Shown: positions 57,364 through 64,000 of the stretch, piece after piece | Layout: every line of letters begins with the position of its first letter | Numbering within the stretch: position 1 is the first letter of the stretch | Assembly (NCBI GenBank): GCA_947259495.1 | Contig: CAMYLV010000016.1 | Location: 44,505-108,504 of the forward strand | Direction of reading: 5' to 3' | DNA length: 64,000 nucleotides | Source of the DNA: an uncultured Desulfobacterales bacterium | GTDB lineage: Bacteria; Desulfobacterota; Desulfobacteria; Desulfobacterales; JAHEIW01 | The notes under the pieces: model-generated | The model's database searches: none | What the model saw: the letters and a program-made list of their open reading frames with translations, nothing else | What the model was told of the DNA's origin: nothing | Translations under genes and position numbers: made by a program

Positions 57364-58557
57364 CTATCCGGATCGTTGGGCATGCTTTTGGGACCGCCGG
57401 GATGATTTAGATTTTACTGCAGCGATGGTGGCTGCTTTTTTTGTGGTGGCTGACTTTTTCTTGCGCGGTTTTCGATCCGGTTCATCTCTTTCCGCGAGCC
57501 AGGCAGCTATCCGGGGAGCAAATTCTCTCTGGCACTTTGAACTCACATAGATACCGATATGCCCGGTTTCCAGGCAAACATCGGTTGAATCCTTACTGCC
57601 GACGCGACCCGTCAAAAGCTCGCAGGCTTCCGGTGGAACCAGATGATCATACTTGCCATAAAAATTGAGTAACGGCATGGTGATATTTTTCAGATCAACC
57701 CGCTTTCCCCCCACTTCGAGCTTGCTTTGAATCAGTAGATTTTTCTGGTAGAAATCCTTAATGAACTGCCGAAATGTTTCTCCCGGCAGATCCGGACTGT
57801 CAAAGATCCATTTTTCCATGCGGACGAAATTTTCCACAAATTGTTTATTGTCTATTTTCTCAAAGAACCCCACGTATTTGTCAATCATCAAACGGGCCGG
57901 ATTCAGCAGCAGAAAGCCGAAATTCATGGCATCGCCGGAAATATTGCCATAAGTATCCGTGAGGCGATCCGGGTCGACTGCTTTCATCCACAAATGCAAA
58001 AGACCTTTGTCTGTGTCGAAATTTGTCGGGGTTACCGTGGTAATTAGGTTCTTAATTTTGGCGGGATTCAAAGACGAATAGATCACACAGAAGGTACCGC
58101 CCATGCAAATCCCCATGAGGTTTATCTTTTCCAGATTGTGTTTCTGCCGAATGAAATCCACCATCGTATCCATGTAGCCGTTTACATGGTCGTCAATGGT
58201 AAGGAATTTATCTTTGCGGGACGGATATCCCCAATCGATCATGTAAAGATCGATCCCGTGTGCCAGCAGGGTTTCAACAACACTTCTTCCCGGTTGAAGA
58301 TCCAGCATGGTTTCCCGGTTGATGAGGGCATAAACCACCAGTAGCGGCGTTTTTAATTTAATATCGGTTACCGGTATATAGTGCTTCAGTTTTACCCGGT
58401 CTTCTTGACACACGACTTCGTAAGGCGTTGCGGCAATTTTCGAATCCAGCGGTCCGAGCAGGACATCTGAAGCCTTATGTGCCCGCGCGCGAGCCTTATC
58501 GGCCTCTTCGACGAGCTTTGACAAGATAAGATCTACTGGAATTTTAGGCTTACCCAT
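57364..58557 (-). CDS. phaC: Class III PHA synthase catalytic subunit with basic C-terminal tail
   Basis: GICMGG box, GKYDHLVP, ETGHIGIYVS. It follows phaE. Confidence 0.85.
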   Translation of the reverse strand: MGKPKIPVDLILSKLVEEADKARARAHKASDVLLGPLDSKIAATPYEVVCQEDRVKLKHYIPVTDIKLKTPLLVVYALINRETMLDLQPGRSVVETLLAHGIDLYMIDWGYPSRKDKFLTIDDHVNGYMDTMVDFIRQKHNLEKINLMGICMGGTFCVIYSSLNPAKIKNLITTVTPTNFDTDKGLLHLWMKAVDPDRLTDTYGNISGDAMNFGFLLLNPARLMIDKYVGFFEKIDNKQFVENFVRMEKWIFDSPDLPGETFRQFIKDFYQKNLLIQSKLEVGGKRVDLKNITMPLLNFYGKYDHLVPPEACELLTGRVGSKDSTDVCLETGHIGIYVSSKCQREFAPRIAAWLAERDEPDRKPRKKKSATTKKAATIAAVKSKSSRRSQKHAQRSG

Positions 58558-58613
58558 GACATCACCCCGTAATTTTCTTTTGGATTATGAAAAGGGTCTA
58601 AACGATGTTCGTA

Positions 58614-59507
58614 TTAATGATCCAAATTCTTTTCCAATGCTTTTATCCGCTTTTTCAAAAGGTAAATTTCCTTGTAGAGATCATCCATATCCTTTTGGGT
58701 CGAGATGGGCAATGTGTTCAGCATATCTTCCATAAGGTCATTTTTTGCAGCAGCAAATTCAGACATAGTATCCAGTGTTTTTCCCATCGTTTGGACGTAT
58801 TCCGAGGATTGAAAAAGGGTCATGTAATGCCCTTCCAATATTTTTATCCACATTTGATAATATTGTTTTGAATCTTCCGGGAGCTCGCCTGCTTCAGAGA
58901 GCTCTCCGAGCTTTTCCTGCATAACACTAAATGACTTTGTTACCGGCAGATAAAGCAGCCGCAGGAATTCGCTTATGGCCGCCTGAAACAAATTAAATTT
59001 GTCTAAAGTCTGGTTGGCTTTTTCCTGGTAAAAGCGCGTCAGTCCCAGTTGGGGTATATTGAAAAATTGTCTGAATTCTTTCTCGTAAATCTCAGTCCAG
59101 GCTTTAAAAGCATTTTCGTCAAGATCCTCAAACGTATAAGCTTCGGTAGATTTCCCAATCCGTCCTGCCCTTTCAAACCACTTATGCTGAAACTCAAGAA
59201 AACCGCTAAGACTCGTTTGAGCCACCTTCATCAGGATTTCAGGCATGGTACCCGATCCTTTAAGCATGGAATCCAAGATTTCAGGTTGGGCCATTGTCGA
59301 CGATAAAACTTGCCAGGTTTTCATAGCGGCATCCATAGACGTTTGCGCATGACCGGATGCGCCGCTTGGAGATGCATCCGAAGGCCGGATTGTAGCGGCC
59401 GCATCGGACCAAACCCGGAACATATTTCCCCATACATCGCCGGCCGTCTTCATCCATGCTGAAAATATGTCTTGCCTGCTTTCATTTTTATCATGCTTTG
59501 CATTCAT
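58614..59507 (-). CDS. phaE: Class III PHA synthase subunit PhaE
   Basis: Lies immediately upstream of phaC. Roughly 300 aa with a C-terminal coiled coil. GAGGGA RBS before the ATG at 59507. Confidence 0.7.
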   Translation of the reverse strand: MNAKHDKNESRQDIFSAWMKTAGDVWGNMFRVWSDAAATIRPSDASPSGASGHAQTSMDAAMKTWQVLSSTMAQPEILDSMLKGSGTMPEILMKVAQTSLSGFLEFQHKWFERAGRIGKSTEAYTFEDLDENAFKAWTEIYEKEFRQFFNIPQLGLTRFYQEKANQTLDKFNLFQAAISEFLRLLYLPVTKSFSVMQEKLGELSEAGELPEDSKQYYQMWIKILEGHYMTLFQSSEYVQTMGKTLDTMSEFAAAKNDLMEDMLNTLPISTQKDMDDLYKEIYLLKKRIKALEKNLDH

Positions 59508-59882
59508 CGATCGTCCCTCGCATGGCTCCACCAGAAACCCTTCTGTCACCGATCACAAGTGTCATCCGAATATCGAAGATGAGGCCATTTGTCAACTTGG
59601 GTGTTATTATCGAAAAGGTAAGGCTGCAGGCTTAACAGAGGCCGTCACCAACAGCCAGCGCATCAGGTGTGCATTTGAGCGGAATGAGTGGTCAGATACC
59701 TTCTGGAATAATTTTAAAACTAAGCCAGCGAAAACGGTAATCATGACCACTCACCTTCGGACGGAATACCATCATTAGCCGAGCAAGTGCCACTTTGGAA
59801 CTTCAGGCCATACCCAACTGAGGGGCTACATCCCTTTGCCTAAATATCATTAACCCATAGAGGACTTTCCCGTTAACGAAAA

Positions 59883-60218
59883 CTACACCGCAAAATCCTG
59901 AATTCTGGCTTTGGGCGCATTTTTCTTAACAGAGGCAATGCCTTTTTGCATAGACGCTTTGCTCGAATAGGATTCACTTTTTCCGATAACCTGTTTATTG
60001 GCAGCCAGAAGAACAAAGTAAGGTTGCCCCTTCTTTGTTAGCTTCTGTTCAAAACGGGTCGCCTTGCGGCAGTTGTTACAGACTGCTTTGATTCCGTTTT
60101 TTGCGGCCGCTTTGGTTTTGTACGTTTGGCTTGTCAGAACCACTTTACCGTTGGCCGCTTTAAGGTTAAACGAGAACTTACCGCTTTTGCCCTTTTTCAA
60201 CTCGAATTTACCAATCAT
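59883..60218 (-). CDS. YegP/UPF0339 (DUF1508) tandem-repeat protein
   Basis: Two repeats: FSFNLKAANGKVVLTSQTYKTKAAAKNGIKAV and YFVLLAANKQVIGKSESYSSKASMQKGIASV. Confidence 0.8.
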   Translation of the reverse strand: MIGKFELKKGKSGKFSFNLKAANGKVVLTSQTYKTKAAAKNGIKAVCNNCRKATRFEQKLTKKGQPYFVLLAANKQVIGKSESYSSKASMQKGIASVKKNAPKARIQDFAV

Positions 60219-60411
60219 AAGACCCCCTTTGGTTTGCGGTGGACGAATCATTACTACGCGCATTCGATATTTATTGCCCAGCGGTTGTTGGGCGATTCTA
60301 ATGTCCACAATTTCTCACAAGATATTATTTGCGTATCACAACTTTGTCACAGGCTCAATAGGTATCATGCACGGCAGCAGGATAATCATATTTATACAGA
60401 GAAGATTACGG

Positions 60412-60591
60412 TCAGTTTAAATCAACTAAATCCGATACATTAATTTCGAGCATTTTGACACTGGCCAGTATGCGGACGGTGTTGCGGGCAATGGCCGGAA
60501 AATCTTCTCCGATGCGATTGAGATCCGCGGCTGTTTTCTTCAGCAGCTGAATTTTGGCGTCGATTTCATTTAAATCTGTTTGCGGTACCAT
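60412..60591 (-). CDS. Unlisted 59-aa ORF (just below the ORF-track cutoff)
   Basis: GAGGAG-N5-ATG. MVPQTDLNEIDAKIQLLKKTAADLNRIGEDFPAIARNTVRILASVKMLEINVSDLVDLN. Helical, on the same strand as its neighbours. Confidence 0.5.
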   Translation of the reverse strand: MVPQTDLNEIDAKIQLLKKTAADLNRIGEDFPAIARNTVRILASVKMLEINVSDLVDLN

Positions 60592-60652
60592 CGATTCTCC
60601 TCATTTTTATATTAATACGGTTATGCAGAAATCCCCAAATTAGTCTCTTTCA

Positions 60653-60732
60653 ACCACGAAGAGCACGTAGGACCCGAAGAGGGGGTTTTAATTTATTCAT
60701 CCTGCCTTTGTGATCTTCGTGATCTTCGTGGT
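60653..60732. repeat. CACGAAG-word imperfect palindrome
   Basis: ACCACGAAGAGCACG (60653-60667) is complementary to CGTGATCTTCGTGGT (60718-60732) at 14 of 15 positions. TGATCTTCG occurs twice in tandem. Confidence 0.6.
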
Positions 60733-60779
60733 GAGATCACTTTCGGACGTAAACGACTGGAACTTTCCAGACAACCGCG

Positions 60780-62117
60780 TTATTTTTTTTTGCGTAAATC
60801 TTTGAAACGCTTAGCCTTAACTTCATACCTGGGCAGAGTTTCGCAGCCGCAAATTTCAATATCATAGCGCAGGTTGGTCTTCAGTCTTAGCTGGTCCACC
60901 AGCTCGTTTTCAATAAGCGTGCATTGGTCCTCGGCCTGCGGCAACACCTCCACCCTGAGCTTAATCCTATCGGCATCCCCCGCTTTTTCCACGATGACCT
61001 CATATTCATCGCCTAAACCTCTGATGCTGCGTACAACCTCTTCTATAGCCGAAGGTGCCAGCAGTACCCCTTTGACCTTGGTAATATCATCAGCCCGGCC
61101 GACCACACCGCCTTTGATCAAACGCGAGGTTCGCCCGCAGGAACAGGGCTCAGCAGCCCATTCGATCACATCTTTGGAATCAAAACGCACGCAGGGCTGG
61201 GCCATGCGGTCCAGGGCGGTGATCACCATCTTGCCTCGGTGTCCGGGTTCTTCGATGATCTTGCCGGTTTCGACATCTTCGATTTCCACCAGAAACAATC
61301 CTTCGTTGACATGCATGCCGCCGGGCTGATCGGCGCACTCAAATGACCAGGCCCCAATTTCAGTTGCGCCCGCGTGATCGTATACTTCAGCCCCCCAGGC
61401 TTCCTGCAGGCGCTTTTTGGTGCTGGCGATGCTGGCACCGCATTCACCGGCACACGTAATTTTTTTGATTGGCAGTTTTGCAGGGTCGATACCCATTTTC
61501 AGGCGGGCGGTTTCGGCCATACCCAGAATATAGGTGGGGGTGCCCATCATCGCGGTCGCCTGCAATTCCTGGATCTTTAAAATCCGCGCCTTGGTATCCA
61601 GCACGCCTCCCGGAATCACCTCGCAGCCGATTTTTTCAGCAGCATAATGGCCGGCCCAGAAGGCCACGAATATATTATAGCCGAAAGGGATAAAAACCCG
61701 ATCTTGCGGTCGGTATCCCTGGGCCCAGAGGATATACGACCAGCACTCCATCCACCATTCCCAATCCTGCCAGGTGTCGGGTTGATAGACGGGTTGGCCG
61801 GTGGTGCCGCTGGTCTGGCGAAAGATGGTGACCTCATCTAAAGGCACGCAGAGAGCTTCGCCGTAGGGAAAGGGTTCCTTGCGCTGGATGTCCCGCATCA
61901 TTGATTTTTCCACTTTAGGAACCCGTTGAATATCCTCAAACGATTGAATGTCTCCCGGTTTTATGCCGGCATCATCATACAGGCGCCGGTGGAAGACGGA
62001 GTGTTCGCAGATCCATCGAAAGATCTTTTTGAATTTGCTGAATTGCAGCTGTTTGATTTTTTGGGGCGGGAGCGTTTCCAGAACCGGATTCCAGTAAATT
62101 TGTTTAGAATTCATCAC
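60780..62117 (-). CDS. Phenylacetate-CoA-ligase-like (PaaK / F390-synthetase family) adenylating enzyme
   Basis: RQTSGTTGQPVY, the roughly 440-aa size and the C-terminal KAKRFKD are typical of PaaK-like ligases. Confidence 0.8.
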   Translation of the reverse strand: MMNSKQIYWNPVLETLPPQKIKQLQFSKFKKIFRWICEHSVFHRRLYDDAGIKPGDIQSFEDIQRVPKVEKSMMRDIQRKEPFPYGEALCVPLDEVTIFRQTSGTTGQPVYQPDTWQDWEWWMECWSYILWAQGYRPQDRVFIPFGYNIFVAFWAGHYAAEKIGCEVIPGGVLDTKARILKIQELQATAMMGTPTYILGMAETARLKMGIDPAKLPIKKITCAGECGASIASTKKRLQEAWGAEVYDHAGATEIGAWSFECADQPGGMHVNEGLFLVEIEDVETGKIIEEPGHRGKMVITALDRMAQPCVRFDSKDVIEWAAEPCSCGRTSRLIKGGVVGRADDITKVKGVLLAPSAIEEVVRSIRGLGDEYEVIVEKAGDADRIKLRVEVLPQAEDQCTLIENELVDQLRLKTNLRYDIEICGCETLPRYEVKAKRFKDLRKKK

Positions 62118-62150
62118 AACTCCTTGGTTACTGTAATACTTATGCTGCCT

Positions 62151-63587
62151 TTAACTGAATCTGGCCCATTGCGGTGCCGGCTTCGATGTGGGTTTGCGCC
62201 CGTAAAAGATATCATCCATAAAGTAAAAGAGTCGGCGCGATAAGCGATTGCGACTGATCAGGGTCCGGATGATCTTGTGAGGAAAGGTGTTGGCATGGCT
62301 CCAGGGGCACACCCGCATACAGACATTGCAGTCGGTACCGACTTTACCCCAGTAGTCAAAACAGGTTTCGGCATTCAGCTTCCAGCGCAGGGTCCCGTTG
62401 ACTTCCGTTGGATCAGCCAGCGGGATGGAGTTTGAAGGGCAGCAATTGGCACACTTTTTACACCTCTTGCAAAAGTCTTCAACACCGATATCAACAGGGC
62501 TGTCCACAACCAGCTCAAGATCGGTGGTAACAGCGGCCAACCTGACCCGTGGGCCAAAATCTTTGGTCATTAAGTAGCCCAGCCGGCCGGTTTCGCCCAG
62601 ACCAGCATCAACGGCCAGCGGGACAAGAGCGGCATCATAGTGCCGCAGGTGGTTGGCGGTGGCCGAATAGCCCAAATTGGCTACATAGGCCGCCAACTGG
62701 GTGGCGATGAAGGCGCCCTGGGCATAATTACTCATACTGGCGATCACCGTCGGCGTGTGGGGTGCGGTGCCCACCAGTTCAAAAGCCATCTCTGTGGTGA
62801 AGACCACCGCATATGTATGGGTGGCTTCGATTTCTTTGCCCCAGTCCTCCCAGTTTTCACGAAAGATCTCTCCGCGTTTGGAATACAGCCACAGCGGATT
62901 GATCTTGGTAATTCCGACCTGCTTGGCGCCCAGATTCAGGGTATAGCCCTTGATACGTCTGCTGGCCTCCTGCGGGCTGATCTCAACCCGCTGTTCCTTA
63001 AATTCCGGGTGGGCAGCCGGTTGATATGTTTCCGATGCCGACAGATTCAGGGCGATACCCTGAGAGGACAGGGTCGCCGCAATATTGGGCCTGTCTTTGG
63101 GTTTATCGATGGCACCGGGTTGCCCTAAAGGTCCGCCCTTTTTTCTGCGGGCGGCATCCATCTTTTCATATTCAGGCCGCATGGCGTAATAGGCCCTGTA
63201 TTGTTCTGACCCCGGCCGAATCGTACGATTTCTGGCAAATACGACATCCCTTTCATCAACCCTTTTTACATCACCGACAATGGCTCCGCGGGTCCCCTCA
63301 AGCGCCCTGGCATTTTGTCCAGTTTTGCGCATGAGCAATACACAAAGAACAACACCTGAAATCAATCCTAAAATCAGCAACAACCTGCCGGCCTCAGTGC
63401 TGAAAAAGCCAATGCGTTCAAGATATATTAGCGCCAACACCAGTCCCAGCATCAGGATGAACTGGAGGGTGCTAAAAAAGGCGGCCCGGCTTTCTTTTTC
63501 CCACACACAAGAAACACAATAAGCCAAACCGATAAAAGCCTGCACGCTGGCGCTCAGAAGCGCAACAAAAAATAGAAAATTCTCCAT
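62151..63587 (-). CDS. Reductive-dehalogenase-superfamily-like Fe-S protein with N-terminal membrane anchor
   Basis: Three N-terminal TM segments and no RR (TAT) motif. The C-terminal FCKRCKKCANCCP...CFDYWGKVGTDCNVCMRVCPW matches the RdhA/QueG-type double-cluster pattern. Confidence 0.55.
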   Translation of the reverse strand: MENFLFFVALLSASVQAFIGLAYCVSCVWEKESRAAFFSTLQFILMLGLVLALIYLERIGFFSTEAGRLLLILGLISGVVLCVLLMRKTGQNARALEGTRGAIVGDVKRVDERDVVFARNRTIRPGSEQYRAYYAMRPEYEKMDAARRKKGGPLGQPGAIDKPKDRPNIAATLSSQGIALNLSASETYQPAAHPEFKEQRVEISPQEASRRIKGYTLNLGAKQVGITKINPLWLYSKRGEIFRENWEDWGKEIEATHTYAVVFTTEMAFELVGTAPHTPTVIASMSNYAQGAFIATQLAAYVANLGYSATANHLRHYDAALVPLAVDAGLGETGRLGYLMTKDFGPRVRLAAVTTDLELVVDSPVDIGVEDFCKRCKKCANCCPSNSIPLADPTEVNGTLRWKLNAETCFDYWGKVGTDCNVCMRVCPWSHANTFPHKIIRTLISRNRLSRRLFYFMDDIFYGRKPTSKPAPQWARFS

Positions 63588-63645
63588 AAGGCAAGCCCTA
63601 AATTACCAGAAGGATTTCAAATTGTCTGCACAGGTTTTTGACTCA

Positions 63646-64000
63646 CTAAAAGGCCGGCAAATTGCTCTGAAGAAACCACTTTCCCCGTTCTTCGTCATAT
63701 TCCCATTTTTGGCGGTCAATTAGCGTTTTCACGGTCACATCTTTCATTCGGTAATACTGGAAATCGACAATTTGGATGATCTTCGATTTGTCCTCTGAAA
63801 TAATCGTTTGTTTGACTTTGTAATTCGTAACTCTGACAGTGCGGTAGTCTTCAAAATCCGGCAACGGTTCGTCCCTTGCCGTTAGCTTTTTAAAGGCAAA
63901 TGCGGCTTCGAATTCCCCCCATCGAATAGCCCGTATGTAAGCTCTGGAGGTTTCGTCAAATTGACTCATTTTTTCACCGGTCTGCATTGACGCGCATCCC
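63646..64000 (-). CDS. Hypothetical (lipo)protein, 5' end beyond right window edge
   Basis: The frame is open to base 64000 (..GCASMQTGEKMSQFDE..), suggesting a lipobox Cys just inside the window. Confidence 0.45.
   Translation of the reverse strand, partial: GCASMQTGEKMSQFDETSRAYIRAIRWGEFEAAFAFKKLTARDEPLPDFEDYRTVRVTNYKVKQTIISEDKSKIIQIVDFQYYRMKDVTVKTLIDRQKWEYDEERGKWFLQSNLPAF

Noticed and set aside
59685-59750. 9-bp inverted repeat GAGTGGTCA...TGACCACTC in the yegP-phaE spacer as a riboswitch or sRNA
   Set aside because: It is a single occurrence with no second copy or recognisable motif. It could be a terminator or stabiliser for yegP, but the evidence is insufficient.

Overview
This 64 kb window looks like chromosome from an anaerobic, probably Desulfobacterales-like deltaproteobacterium; that assignment is inferred from gene content only. 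No rRNA, tRNA or CRISPR array was found. There are four blocks.

(1) 1-6.3 kb: a UbiD-family decarboxylase (cut by the left edge), a stand-alone response regulator, an aryl/acyl-CoA ligase, a UPF0261/Tm-1-like protein, a small coupled ORF and UbiX.

(2) About 6.3-25.8 kb: a visibly A+T-rich, low-density accessory island. It carries single-gene, cassette-like units: NYN/OST-HTH, RDD, caspase-like, CsgG-like+SH3, S41 peptidase, PP2C phosphatase, beta-lactamase-fold, ankyrin and PilZ proteins. It also carries many gene remnants: a tyrosine recombinase N-terminus, a COG1943 transposase C-terminus, a cyclase N-terminus, a SEC-C fragment and a quinone oxidoreductase broken by a perfect 58-bp tandem duplication. 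The island is bracketed and subdivided by three direct copies of one element, with a 30/30 identical core at both ends. A second same-orientation repeat family sits between its ORFs.

(3) 25.9-44.2 kb: a tungsten-type aldehyde:ferredoxin oxidoreductase locus. It includes an IclR regulator, four copies of a GTTCAY-N4-ATGAAC dyad, an operon with no obvious catalytic subunit (AOR-type ferredoxin, MoaD-like, ferredoxin, MetV-like, EutA-like), a Liv-type ABC importer and a CoA ligase.

(4) 44.3-64 kb: an ArsR/permease/thioredoxin-like/ACR3 operon, adenine deaminase, a second response-regulator paralog, a large PHA locus with two synthase systems, and a membrane-anchored reductive-dehalogenase-like protein next to a PaaK-like ligase.

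The observations most worth follow-up are:
- the repeat-delimited island
- an AhpD-like gene with TGA at the second Cys of its CxxC motif followed by a SECIS-like hairpin
- a conserved roughly 80-nt leader motif shared by two unrelated island genes
- a duplicated roughly 105-nt element with interleaved hairpins
- the dyad-linked AOR accessory operon
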